NCBI GenBank assembly: GCA_002269645.1
Contig: NIVC01001899.1
Coordinates: 124,001-188,000, forward strand
Length of the DNA: 64,000 nucleotides
Direction of reading: 5' to 3'
DNA from: Macrostomum lignano
Taxonomy: Eukaryota
The translations under genes and the position numbers were made by a program. The notes under the pieces were generated by a model, which saw only the letters and a list, made by a program, of their open reading frames with translations, was not told where the DNA came from and searched no databases. Shown here piece after piece: positions 48,469-61,704 of the stretch; within the stretch, counting starts at the first letter, position 1, and each line of letters starts with the position of its first letter.

Positions 48469-50481
48469 TTAGAACCGCTCCGGTTGTCCGTCCTCCTTTT
48501 GTACTGAGTAGAGTTGCTCTGCACTCATCGCTGGATTATCAAATTGTTGTTCTGAGTGCTGATGCTGCTGTTGCAGACCAGGCTGCTGGAACGGTTGCTG
48601 AAGCGGCTGTCCAGAAAGTTGCTGTTGCAGACCAGGCTGCTGGAACGGTTGCTGAAGCGGCTGTCCAGAAAGTTGCTGTTGCAGACCAGGCTGCTGGAAC
48701 GGTTGCTGAAGCGGCTGTCCAGAAAACTGCTGTTGCAGACCAGGCTGCTGGAACGGTTGCTGAAGCGGCTGTCCAGAAAACTGCTGTTGCAGACCAGGCT
48801 GCTGGAACGGTTGCTGAAGCGGCTGTCCAGAAAACTGCTGTTGCAGACCAGGCTGCTGGAACGGTTGCTGAAGCGGCTGTCCAGAAAACTGCTGTTGCAG
48901 ACCAGGCTGCTGGAACGGTTGCTGAAGCGGCTGTCCAGAAAGTTGCTGTTGTAGACCAGGCTGCTGGAACGGTTGCTGAAGCGGCTGTCCAGAAAGTTGC
49001 TGTTGCAGACCAGGCTGCTGGAACGGTTGCTGTGACGGCTTCTGCAGCAAGTTAAAAGCCATCTGCTGTTGCACCATTTGACCACTATGTGCATACGCTC
49101 CCGAGTGTTGATGAGAATCCCTCAGCGAAGTGTCGAAAAACAAGAAGTCCTGCGGAAAGATCAGGCAACGTTTCGTTTATGAGAAACAACACCTTTTCTA
49201 CATCTTCTTTGGCTAAGTCAGTTTTTGTTTTACACGCTGTTTTGACTAGACCATGTGCATAGACTATAGAGACTTTGCAATAAAATAAAAAACTCTCTAT
49301 CCCTTGGGGGTTGGCTCTCGAGGGTGCCAACTCATGCTATTGTAATCGAACCAGAATTCGTATTCCCAACAACTTCTTTATGAGAAATCCAATCTAATTT
49401 CTACAAATCAAAAATACGGTAACGCATAAAACTCACGAATAGTACGCAGACTCCAATAAGTGTGATTTTCATTTCCAGGTGCAAATCCTTCGGCATATTG
49501 ATCGTAAAGGTATCTGCTCCAGGAGTCATCATCTGCTGCATCGTGTTCATGTAGAACTTCTTAGTAATTGATGCCACAGGGTTCCCCGTACCGTCCGGCG
49601 CCGTCACTGGAAACTCAACCTGCGTCTGGCCAGTTACGCAGCACAGGGTGTAGCTCATGCCGTAGATGCGAAAAATAGCCTCGCCGTTGGCGTCCTGGAT
49701 CATGTACATAGTAACGTTGCCGTTGTACACCTGCTTGATACAGCCCACCAGTTGTCCAGGCGGTGACTCGATAGTCATGTTGTCCATGTATTGTTCGTCC
49801 TTGGCGCAGCTGCCGACGCACTGCGTGGATTTGCGCTTTCTAGTAAACACGGCCGCTTCCCTGCCACCGGAGTCCACCGCGCTCACCGTGAATGGCCGAT
49901 GAGGCTGGCACGTGCCGCCCGTTATGTAGCCGTTGGAAGCTGTGAGAGATTGGGCAATCAAATTTGCGTTTTTTTTGCATTTCAAACTATTGATTAGTGA
50001 ACCTTGTATCGATTATTCAATACTGGACTATCGATTTATCGATTAGTAGGCTGCCTGACAGACATTTACCACGATATCAACAATCTATGAATGCTTGAGA
50101 TATTCTGCCATTAAATTCCTATTTAAATTGCAGATAGAAATTGCAGCGCTCACTCTCTTTCATTTCGTAAATCAGCTCGTCGTTGTTCGTCTTCAGCGCG
50201 TAACATTTGGGCAGAGGAACCCTCGTTAGAGCTGCGGGAGTTTTGAGTGAGATAGAAACCAATATGAGTGCCAATTCAATTGTCATAAAGTACCTCGTGA
50301 ACTATCTGGTAGGCAACTCACTTGTCATAAGATCTCTTTTCTGCTGCAGCAGCACAGTCTCCAAAGGCAGAAGATACTCCAAGCCATTTCGACTCGGCTC
50401 CACTGCATCAATTGGCTGCTGCATCCAAGGCTGCTGCTGCTCCGGTGGTCCGGGATACGGTGGTGGGTCAACGCTGCTCAT
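48469..50481 (-). CDS. Phospholipid scramblase-family protein, paralogue D, 4 exons, ~473 aa, with an 18-aa Q/P tandem-repeat tail
   Basis: Exons 50481-50322, 50231-50154, 49939-49437, 49149-48469 with the same phases. DFLFFD is followed by (QQPFQQPGLQQQ[L/F]SGQPL) x~8.5. Confidence 0.88.
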
Positions 50482-51679
50482 GTCAAAGTTTAGAGAGACT
50501 AAAACGGAGAAATCCAAGCGAACTGGCTGGATTTAGAGGAGTGGGAAAATTTATAGCCCGTCTTTCCTCTCTCTTCCCCTTTGTGTTGCTATGGAAACAA
50601 ATCAAAGAGTAAAAATGTACGGCGAACCGGCGCAGTACAATCGGATCTGCTGCCCCAGGCCTGTACGCAAAAGTACATATCTAGAGTTACTCCTCTCTCA
50701 GAGTACAAACAGGTCTATCTAGTACATTGGCTAGTTTTGCTTATGTGACGACTTCTTATTTTAATGTTGTCATAACAAACCTATAGACCTACAGTTCTTA
50801 TTTCTATATATTATAAACTCAATAAAATCCGACAGCCGTTTCTTCAATTTTGTCAACATAATTTCTGCCGGAAATTTGCCCTGTGTTCGCAACAAATCAG
50901 GTTAAGAACATGTCCATCAGCAAAAGTAAATGTTTGGAGAAAGCTATATTTAAGATATTGTAGGCTGGTACTAGGGTATATTCAAAACAGACTTTATCTG
51001 TTCCATTCTATTTATCAAATGTATTTGCATATGTGTTTTAATTGCATGGACTCTGGCTTAGCCTGTTCCTGTTGACTAAGTTTGTTTTACTCGTATATGT
51101 TCTGCGCCTAAAAACCATAAAAATGGCACGGCTCGGCTCATTGGTTTCATGAATCGATTTTATCATTATTAGCTGACTGTGTAGCAGAAAAACAATTTGA
51201 TTCACAAAACCAATGAGTCGAGCCGTGCCATGCATTTTTATAATTTTGCATACAGGACACAGAAACTTTATTTTCTAAGCAAAAAGCTTTATGAATATCG
51301 ATAGAGCTATAAGAAAGGCACAACATTTCAAAAGATGAACATTGGGTCTGCCTCCTATCAAAAGCAATAACAATTTTTGTGCTGAAAAAATGAAAACCTT
51401 CATTCTCCGAAATGTATTTTTTCGAAAAGAAACCTGCCTTGTAAAATTTTCCAGGAGACATAGTTTCCCGTCCTTCTACTTGAGTAGTCCTTGCATCAAG
51501 CATTCTGCACTTTCTAGTTAAAATGCTTTGTGCGATTGTACGAGCTACATTGATGGAACTTCTTATCTGCTCATACAGTCAGTAAATCTTGCATTCGCTA
51601 AATTGGCCTACTCATTAGAGTAATTCAAAAACAATGTTTGCTGATTGCGGGCGCAACATCCTCACGGACTCGATCTCAG

Positions 51680-52580
51680 CCACCCTTCTCTTGAGCCAGA
51701 GGTATAAGGTCACCATTCAGCCTCGACACGAGGCGAGTGACAGCTGGGGCGATTCTGAAGTCCACTGTTACACTGACGGCTCAATGAGGCATGGTCTTCC
51801 AGGTTTCGGAGCATGCATCTTCTTCAAGGGAGAAGCGGTGTGGAGCTACTCCCAGCACAACTGGACTCAACTTCAGTGTTTTTCGGAGCGAGATGCTTGC
51901 CATCAGCTCCTGCGCGGCAGAGCTGCGCCGAAGGCAGCTCAGCTGTCGGAAATATATATTTCACTCTGAAAGCCAGGCAGCCCTTCGGGCCCTCTGCCGC
52001 AGCACCACCAGCTCCAGATCTGCCTTGGACTGCAACGCCCAGCTCAACGGGCTTGCGCTAGGCAACCAGGTGGAGCTCAGATGGATCTGCTGGTTTCCTC
52101 GGCAACGAGCGCGCCGACCTGCTGGCCAAGGCTGGCTCCGCCGGCGCGCTGCTGGGGCCGGGCCCAGGGGCCCCATCCCCGCCTCGGTGATCAACTCCCG
52201 TGTTAAGCGCTGGGCTGATTCCGAGCATCTCCGCAGGTGTTACGACACTTGGAATTGCAGGCAATCCCGTACTGCCGTCCCCTGTCCCTCCCCCTCCTGC
52301 GTAGAGCCCTACTGCGTAGGCTGCTTCTCTCGTCACCGCTTCCTTCAGGGCCAGGTACCTGAGAAGCGGTGCCCCTTCTGCCGCTCAGGCAGTGAAAACG
52401 CCGAGCACTTTATCTGCCACTGCCCAGTTTTCCCCAGGGGGGCAGGCTCACTCACCTCGGGCCAAACCCGGTTCTCTCCGACGTTTGCATGCCTGAGAGC
52501 ATACCGCCGATCGCCCGGTACCTCAGGGACACGAGACGAGCTGATTTCTTCCCCACCGCGGGTGAGGAGGACCGCGCAGC
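51680..52580 (+). mobile_element. Decayed non-LTR retrotransposon 3' fragment (RNase H plus Cys/His zinc knuckle; R1/LOA/I-like)
   Basis: Frameshifted segments CYTDGS, SVFRSEMLAI, HSESQAALRAL, VELRWI, and CPFCRSGSENAEHFICHCP. Confidence 0.8.
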
Positions 52581-53899
52581 AGTGTAGAGAGTTATTAAAC
52601 CATACCGTAATGCTCTACTTAAAGTAATATTCTAGGAAAGTCAATTTATTCTAGAATGAGACATATCTATTTTTAGGAATCACGCGCAAACAGAATGATT
52701 TAGAACCCTACATTGTTTGATCAAGGAACCGGATTCCAACAGCTGTATTTGCTTATATATGGTAATGCTCAAACATGCATGAAAGCTTAATTAAACATTT
52801 TTGACCTAAGTAAATACCCAATCCCAAACCGGTTTTTCTCCAAAATTTTGCTATAAATATAAGTGAAAATTTGAGTAAAAAATTCAGACTCAGAGCGGTC
52901 TCTAAGAAGACTCCGAAGAAACAGGAAGACCAATCTCTGAGGGACCACACCTGTCCAATTGGTAAGCGTTTACTGGTTTCAGTTCTTTTATTGTTAGCGT
53001 TAATAAGTTGATTCATTGAGTTTAAGAGAGCTGTTTATTGTCGACACAGTTGAAAAAGGCCTCCTTATTGCCTAGGATATATTCCTAGAGGATTTATTGA
53101 TTTAATTGAGTTATCCGTCACGTTTCGGACGTAACGAAGAAGCCGCCCTTCAGGAGGACCTATCACAGAATTCAATTGTTCATTAGGGCGCACGTTCTAT
53201 TGTTAATTCCGAGCTCGAGGACCGTCACAAGAATTCTGATTCGCTCTCGTTTTGGTCGACCCACAGATAAAAGTCAAGGACTCAAGAAGACTACTCCAAA
53301 TCGGCCGTCACTACTGCTCAGCCAAGTTAGACAGAGTCACACACACCGCAAGAACCAGAAGTCTACCAACCACAAGAGGATCCACCGCAGTAAGTTATTT
53401 GAACTGGTAAATACCTAGGCACTTGTTCTCCAGTGTCTAGAAGTGGGAGTTTTTGAGTGACTGATCACCACTCTTAAACTCTTCAGCAGGCGAGACCGAC
53501 GGGTCCCCCTGAGCGACATCACTTCGATGGAAGTCATTGGTCGCCAAAGGCTAGCGAAATGGGCGGTCTCCTCCGCCTCCTTGCTATTTACGTTTGGCAT
53601 ACGAGCTAATTTGGCTTAAATAAAATTTTCTCCATCTTTCCATGAGGCATACAATTATGGACTGGACTGAAGAAAGAAGTTCTGCCTATTGGTGGGCGAG
53701 TGCAGGTTCGGCAATGCAATTACTGATTGCGTTGAAACGGGTGCACGAGGATCTGATATCTAATGAACGGAAAAACTGCACAATGGTAAACTAACCCCAA
53801 TGATCATTCATTATTGACGCATAACTAAGCGAGTCTAAAACGAAGAAAGCTTCTCATTGTTATTTCGCTTAAGATAAAGGGCATTGCCCTAAACTTATT

Positions 53900-54360
53900 G
53901 AAGTACTTTTTAACGGTTTGTCGGACTCTTTCGAGATTCCTCTGGAGTGCTCCAGAGAGATGCGCTCACGAATTTTCTGTTCGTTCTCGTGCTTAACTGG
54001 GTGCTGCGGATGCTTAACTGGAATGGCTCTTTTTCCACCAACGACGACAGCTTTCTGCGGCGGTGACGCGTGGGTCGACGACAACCGGAGAGGTGGCTCA
54101 GTTTGCTTGGCTACGCCGATTATCTCGCCCTGCTGTCCTCGACTGTCGAGGGTGCCCAGCGACAGTTGGACAGGCTGGTCGCTTTTGCTGAGAGTGTCAG
54201 CTTGGTGGTCAAAACGCAGAAGACCGCAGTGCTCTGCGTTCCGATGTTGACATGACTTACTTTGACTCAGCTGCAAGGGGCTCCGGGCATCCGGATACAG
54301 CGATGGCGCGTCTTCGCTCATTCCGCAAACCCCTGGCGACCACGGGCAGCTGGTGCTGCG
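53900..54360 (+). mobile_element. Decayed non-LTR reverse transcriptase fragment (RTE-like)
   Basis: Across frameshifts: SGVLQRDALTNFLFVLVLNWVLR (GVxQGD.L.P.LF block) and LLGYADYLALLSSTVEGAQRQLDRL (YADD block). Confidence 0.75.
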
Positions 54361-54363
54361 TTG

Positions 54364-54650
54364 TCACGCAGGGAGATCCGGTGGTGCCGGTGTCCTCAGA
54401 GCGGTCCCCTCCGGAGAGTCCAGAAGGTGGATGGTCGCTCGCCCTGTGGCCCTTAGATTGCGGACTAGCTGGCAGAGGTTCTTGGGCCTGAAAACGTGGG
54501 AAAGGCCCAGGTTTCGGGAGATGAGGTAGGCGAGCCTGTCTTGAGTAAATGCGGGGCATTTACAGATGAAGTGCTCCGCATTCCCGACACCAGAGAGACA
54601 GAAAGGGCCGGCATTCCTCACTACGGATTTTCCTGGAGATAGCGATGCCT
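54364..54650 (-). mobile_element. Second 3' fragment of the zinc-knuckle LINE family at 51680-52580
   Basis: PFCLSGVGNAEHFICKCPAF is homologous to PFCRSGSENAEHFICHCPVF. Confidence 0.7.
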
Positions 54651-56001
54651 GGCAAAACAGCCATGACCCGAGAGGGTTCCGTTGGTTAATTATTTGATTA
54701 CTTTTATATAATCCATGTACAATATTTATCCGACTTTTTATAGTAATTTATGTAAATCTGATTCTTTTTTATAAATAAAGCTGAGCTTTCGAATTGCTTA
54801 CAATAGAAAACTATCTATCACTATTTATGTTCCGAATTTCTAAGAAACGAAGTAATCTGGAGATTTTTGTTGTGTCTCGACTAAGAACTTAGTTTTACGA
54901 GTATTAGGATTGTGCATGGATTTAACATACGAGCGTATTATATCGATACGCTTTATATACGATTATATATTTTACGTATTTTTCATGTACATTTTACGAC
55001 TAGTATTGTTAAATAAAAGTTTATTATAATTACTTTTATACATGTAATATTCTGCTACTTGTACTGTAAGTAAAGTATCAAGAAAATTTTAGGTATATTA
55101 GTTGCATTCGTATATTTCTAACTTATCGATCTGTCGATACTAGATACCAGAATAACTAGATGGGCCACTTAGCACATTCGCGTGCAAGCTACTTTCAGTT
55201 CAGTAGTGTAAGTTTGAAATTGGAAGCATTTTAATGCATTTTAAAGGCAATACTTATTTATTGGCTTTTACCCCCAGCTTGAAACCCTCCAACCGCGCCT
55301 TTCCACACTACCCCCGCCCAGCCCAAATTTTTATTGTCTTTCTCGGAATTCCAGCCTAAAGCTGCCATGTACATTTCAGTTGGACTGTCTAATGTACTCG
55401 TACATTATTGCTGAACCAATTAGCAAGTTGTTTACGCCTGCAAGCTTGGGCTTCTAAACTTATCAAAGTCATTTCAGCTGCCTTTATTTTTTAAAATTAG
55501 CTTATGTATTCTTAAATTAGCTTGTATACTTCATTGGGTGTAGCCATAAGCTCTCCTTCGAAAACCTAAGAGCAAGGTAGCTTCAGTGCAAAACATTAAG
55601 GCGTGAGTGACGCAGATGCAGCTGGCCTCCATAGATATACTAATACTAATAATTTTCTGTTCTTTGGTGCGTTCGTTGATGATGCGTTTATATGGGCTAA
55701 ATCGACTCGCAACTGTGCGAAGTTCATTATAGCCAAATTCAGGCCCGAAGGCCCAATCAACTATAAAATTCACTACCCAATGCGAAATTCAATCACAGCA
55801 AGATTGAGCAAACTATGGCTCGTTTCGGTTAGAAACAACATGGGAAAAATTGATGCACAGTCATTTCATCGTGAGACAAAATCAAACTCTCGATAATATT
55901 AATGTTATATTTGTACTATGGAGGGGGTGCAATACGGCCTGGACAACAGCATAACTACCATTACTTGTCTAGGATCAGGATTGTCACACACTCTCTCTGT
56001 G

Positions 56002-56279
56002 TCAGCGATCATCCGTGCCAAGATAACCTCTGCTAATTGGCTCCCACCTGCTCAGTGCATCAGGGAGAAGCTGTGACTGAGCTGTTCCCGACAGACTGAA
56101 CGGCCTTATCGGCATCTGCAGCGTCTGATGAGGTCCCCGCGAGTCCAGTGTCTGAGTTTGCGGCTGTGGCAGCTTTCCGTAGCAGACACGAACGAGCTGG
56201 ATGGGCACGGCGAGGGTCAGGCAGGACAGCAGGCCGCTGGCGCAGGTCAGGGCGTAGGCCCAGCCAATGTGGCACCGGC
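56002..56279 (-). CDS. Last coding exon of an LHFPL/TMHS-family (claudin-like tetraspan) gene; upstream exons not found in the window
   Basis: Acceptor CCAG|GC (phase 1) then GRCHIGWAYALTCASGLLSCLTLAVPIQLV...*, matching the C-x-[IV]-G-W-A-Y motif before TM4 of LHFPL proteins. Confidence 0.65.
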
Positions 56280-56692
56280 CTGGCGTTCGAAAGAAGAGTT
56301 GAGAACGAATTTTGTTTGTTGAAGCATAGATGGCAAATTACTTGCAAGTAGAAGGTAGGCCAGCTTCAGCGGTAATCGCGTCTGATTCCTGGGTTCGAAA
56401 ATTGACTAGGGCTTGCCGTGCGATTCACAAGCATAAGGGTCAAACCTTACTTTATTTATTAGTCCATGACTAGCAATCTACGCCCCCCGTTGGGGAGCCA
56501 AAGAAATGCAATACACGTTTTTTTAATAAGCTACATGTATCCTTGAAATCTTAAAAAATCTCCTGTCAAACCTTGTAAGCCTCGACATGTCAGTAATTCC
56601 CCCCCACAAGCTTTAACATATCAACTTCCCCCTTGACATCTCAGCAATGCCCCCAATAAGCCTTGGAAATCTAAAAATATCTGTCAACCTTC

Positions 56693-56752
56693 TAACCCTA
56701 ACCCTAGCCTAAGCCTAACCCTAACCCTAACCCTAACCCTAACCTAACCCTA
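56693..56752. repeat. Interstitial telomere-like (CCCTAA)n tract
   Basis: CTAACCCTAACCCTAGCCTAAGCCTAACCCTAACCCTAACCCTAACCCTAACCTAACCCTAA; weaker copies at ~57150-57180 and ~40905-40925. Confidence 0.8.
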
Positions 56753-57599
56753 AAGCATTGAAATTTCAGTAATTCTCTCTAAGAGTCATTATAGCACTAC
56801 TACAGCATTATAGCGATTCCCTGCAAGCCTCGACATCGTAGGGATTCCCAAATGAGTCTTTTAACTTCGACATGAAGCTTCTTTTATTTTTTACATTACG
56901 CTTTTTCTATCAGCGATCCCTCCCCAGAGGAGGCATCAAATAATGTAATAAAAAGTTTTCAATAAACTACATGTAGCTTCTGACTTTAGCCTTGAAATCT
57001 CATTTATACCCCGTGAACCTTGCCATCTCAGCTATTCCCCCCGTAAGCCTTAACATGTCAGCGATGGCCCCCATAAACCTTCTAATCTAAAAAATCCCCT
57101 GTTATTCTGTTAACCTTGAAACCCGCTAAAATATAACCCTCAACCCACACCTGACCTAAACCTAACTTTAACCCAACCTAAAGCCTTGAAATCTCAGCAA
57201 TTCTTCTCCCCTAAGCCTTGACATTTTAGTGATTCCTTCTTTAAGAATCACAGCACTATAACGATTTCCACCAAGCTTTGACATCGTAGCAATTCCCAAA
57301 TGAATCTTTTAACTTCGACATGACTTTTCTTTTATGTATACGTAGTGCTACTTTTATTTTTTACATGACTCTTCTTCTATCAGCGCCCCCCGTGGCGAGC
57401 CAACAAAGAATGCAATAAAAAATTGAGTAAAGTACATGAACTTTGAAGTAGCTTCTGACTTTTGCTTTGACATCTCAGAAACAACCCCCCCCCGTAATCT
57501 CAGTTATTCTCTGAGAGCCTTTACGTCTCAGTTTTTCTCCCCAGCACAGCATTATAGCTGCATTTAATTTTTACATGACACCCTTCATGTCTGACATGA

Positions 57600-60500
57600 T
57601 GCTTCTTTTATTGTACCATGATGCTTCTTAATTTTTAAATGACACTTTCATTAGTTTTTAAATGAGGCTTCTATGATTTTTATATGACGCTTCTATGATT
57701 GTTTACATGACGCTTCTATGATTTTTACATGACGCTTCTATGATTTTTACATGACGCTTCTATGATTGTTTACATGGCGCTTCTATGATTTTTTACATGA
57801 CGCTTCTATGATTGTTTACATGACGCTTCTATGATTGTTTACATGGCGCTTCTATGATTTTTTACATGACGCTTCTATGATTGTTTACATGACGCTTCTA
57901 TGATTTTTTACATGACGCTTCTATGATTTTTTACATGACGCTTCTATGATTTTTTACATGACGCTTCTATGATTGTTTACATGACGCTTCTATGATTGTT
58001 TACATGACGCTTCTATGATTGTTTACATGGCGCTTCTATGATTTTTTACATGACGCTTCTATGATTTTTTACATGACGCTTCTATGATTTTTACATGACG
58101 CTTCTATTATTGTTTACATGACGCTTCTATGATTGTTTACATGACGCTTCTATGATTGTTTACATGACGCTTCTATGATTTTTTACATGACGCTTCTATG
58201 ATTGTTTACATGACGCTTCTATGATTGTTTACATGGCGCTTCTATGATTTTTTACATGACGCTTCTATGATTGTTTACATGACGCTTCTATGATTTTTTA
58301 CATGACGCTTCTATGATTTTTTACATGACGCTTCTATGATTTTTTACATGACGCTTCTATGATTGTTTACATGACGCTTCTATGATTGTTTACATGACGC
58401 TTCTATGATTTTTTACATGACGCTTCTATGATTTTTTACATGACGCTTCTATGATTTTGTAAATGACGCATCTATGATTTTTATATGACGCTTTTTTCTG
58501 ATATTTTACATGATGCTTCTTTTTAAAAAGTCTTTTAGTTTTCCTGACGTTGAAAAGTTTTAATTAAAAAAATTGTACTCTATGAAAATTCGAACCATCG
58601 TCGCTGCATTTAGCAGCTCAGTTTGTTCACCTCTAGGCTAGCTCTCGTCGTTTTGATAACATCAAATTTTGCACTTATATAATTCAACACTTTAAAATCC
58701 AAGCATAGAGTAAATCACACGAAGCAGTTATGACATAATCAGTTTCTCAGTCAGTCAGTATCAGTTAACAATATGGTTACGCAATTTAAATCAAGTCTGG
58801 TGCTACGCTTCCACACTGCATTTTCAATTCAAGTCGGAGTTACAATTCAGTTATGATGCAATCTATTTCAGAATCAGAATTCAACCAGTCAGTTTTTTCT
58901 CTAGCATTCTTACAATGCATTTCAAGTCGAAAAGTTTTTACATGACGCTTCTATGATTGTTTACATGACGCTTCTATGATTGTTTACATGGCGCTTCTAT
59001 GATTTTTTACATGACGCTTCTATGATTGTTTACATGACGCTTCTATGATTGTTTACATGACGCTTCTATGATTGTTTACATGGCGCTTCTATGATTTTTT
59101 ACATGACGCTTCTATGATTGTTTATATGACGCTTCTATGATTGTTTACATGACGCTTCTATGATTTTTACATGACGCTTCTATGATTGTTTACATGACGC
59201 TTCTATGATTGTTTACATGGCGCTTCTATGATTTTTTACATGACGCTTCTATGATTGTTTATATGACGCTTCTATGATTGTTTACATGACGCTTCTATGA
59301 TTTTTACATGACGCTTCTATGATTGTTTATATGACGCTTCTATGATTGTTTACATGACGCTTCTATGATTGTTTACATGACGCTTCTATGATTTTTACAT
59401 GACGCTTCTATGATTTTTACATGACGCTTCTATGATTTTTACATGACGCTTCTATGATTGTTTACATGGCGCTTCTATGATTTTTTACATTACGCTTCTA
59501 TGATTTTTTACATGACGCTTCTATGATTTTTTACATGACGCTTCTATTATTGTTTACATGACGCTTCTATGATTGTTTACATGACGCTTCTATGATTGTT
59601 TACATGACGCTTCTATGATTTTTTATAAGACGCTTCTATGATTGTTTACATGACGCTTCTATGATTGTTTACATGACGCTTCTATGATTTTTTACATGAC
59701 GCTTCTATGATTTTTTAAATGACGCATCTATGATTTTTATATGACGCTTCTATGATTTTTACATGACGCTTCTTTTTAAAATGTCTTTTAGTTTTCCTGA
59801 CGTTGAAAAGCTTTAATTAAAAAATTTGTACTCTATGAAAATTCGAACCATCGTCGCTGCATTTAGCAGTTCAGTTTGTTCACCTCTAGGCTAGCTCTCA
59901 TCGTTTTGATAACATCAAATTTTGCACTTATATAATTCAACACTTTAAAATCCAAGCATAGAGTAAATCACACGAAGCAGTTATGACATAATCAGTTTCT
60001 CAGTCAGTCAGTATCAGTTAACAATATGGTTACGCAATTTAAATCAAGTCTGGTGCTACGCTTCCACACTGCATTTTCAATTCAAGTCGGAGTTACAATT
60101 CAGTTATGATGCAATCTATTTCAGAATCAGAATTCAACCAGTCAGTTTTTTCTCTAGCATTCTTACAATGCATTTCAAGTCGAAAAGTTTTTACATGACG
60201 CTTCTATGATTGTTTACATGACGCTTCTATGATTGTTTACATGGCGCTTCTATGATTTTTTACATGACGCTTCTATGATTGTTTATATGACGCTTCTATG
60301 ATTGTTTACATGACGCTTCTATGATTTTTACATGACGCTTCTATGATTGTTTACATGACGCTTCTATGATTGTTTACATGACGCTTCTATGATTGTTTAC
60401 ATGACGCTTCTATGATTGTTTACATGACGCTTCTATGATTGTTTACATGGCGCTTCTATGATTTTTTACATGACGCTTCTATGATTGTTTATATGACGCT

Positions 60501-61125
60501 TCTATGATTGTTTACATGACGCTTCTATGATTTTTACATGACGCTTCTATGATTGTTTACATGACGCTTCTATGATTGTTTACATGGCGCTTCTATGATT
60601 GTTTACATGACGCTTCTATGATTTTTTACATGACGCTTCTATGATTTTTTAAATGACGCATCTATGATTTTTATATGACGCTTCTATGATTTTTACATGA
60701 CGCTTCTTTTTAAAAAGTCTTTTAGTTTTCCTGACGTTGAAAAGTTTTAATTAAAAAAATTGTACTCTATGAAAATTCGAACCATCGTCGCTGCATTTAG
60801 CAGTTCAGTTTGTTCACCTCTAGGCTAGCTCTCATCGTTTTGATAACATCAAATTTTGCACTTATATAATTCAACACTTTAAAATCCAAGCATAGAGTAA
60901 ATCACACGAAGCAGTTATGACATAATCAGTTTCTCAGTCAGTCAGTATCAGTTAACAATATGGTTACGCAATTTAAATCAAGTCTGGTGCTACGCTTCCA
61001 CACTGCATTTTCAATTCAAGTCGGAGTTACAATTCAGTTATGATGCAATCTATTTCAGAATCAGAATTCAACCAGTCAGTTTTTTCTCTAGCATTCTTAC
61101 AATGCATTTCAAGTCGAAAAGTTTG
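57600..61125. repeat. Higher-order repeat: three blocks of a 21-23-bp satellite (TTT[T/G]TTACATGACGCTTCTATGA), each followed by the same ~420-bp spacer
   Basis: Arrays at ~57600-58500, ~58936-59770, ~60188-60710. Spacer anchor AATCTATTTCAGAATCAGAATTC at 58861, ~60113 and ~61051. Confidence 0.93.
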
Positions 61126-61448
61126 CTTGACCTTTGCAAAAAAGCATGTTTTTCGAATATTTAATGCCTTTAGCATCGAGAAATTTCTTAGCCACGATGC
61201 ATGTACAGTCACGGGAAAATTTCTGATCGAACAGTGCAAGTTCGAACAAAATCGGTCCAGCCATTTTTTCTCTAATCGATCACATAGACACAGACAGACC
61301 ATTTTTAGTATATAGGAAGGTATTTCAGCCCAGATAATTGAAAACAAGAAATTCTTTAGAATCCATGCTTAATATGTTGGTGCCGTACCACTGAATATCG
61401 TAACAGTCTAAAAAGCTCTAATCTATTATCTATAATTGTTCCCCATCT

Positions 61449-61704
61449 TTTTTATTACACCTACCCCAATGGCCAGATGTACAGCCGACAGCTCAGCCGC
61501 AGCTATTGCGCGGCACATCTGAAGGCTGCGTACGGCTGTTCAGTCCAAGGACTGGGGGGTCGCCACACACCCTCAATTACCCCAGCTAATGCTGGCACCC
61601 ATTTTACAGCCGGGTGAACTGAAGCAATGCAGAGTTAAGTGGGGATCGAAAATCGAACCCCCGACCTTCCAGCCATGAGTCCAAGGCTCTAACCACTAGA
61701 CTAC
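61449..61704 (-). mobile_element. tRNA-derived SINE, family 1
   Basis: Head GTAGTCTAGTGGTTAGAGCC...GGGGGTTCGATT (A and B boxes); body matches 8279-8506. Confidence 0.75.

Larger units (their letters stand above)
56469..61315 (+). mobile_element. Helitron-like non-autonomous element expanded by internal tandem repeats, ~4.8 kb
   Basis: 5' ACTAGCA...CCCCCCGTTGGGGAG and 3' AAAATCGGTCCAGCC...ACAGACAGAC...TTTTAGTATATAG, both shared with the 12.3 kb junction. Internal ~450-bp degenerate units at 56470, ~56910 and ~57380. Confidence 0.6.

Noticed and set aside
53110-53420. Penelope-like terminal motif (ACGTTTCGG...CCTTCAGG) and a coding-like stretch
   Set aside because: Single short motif without RT or GIY-YIG remnants or a second copy.
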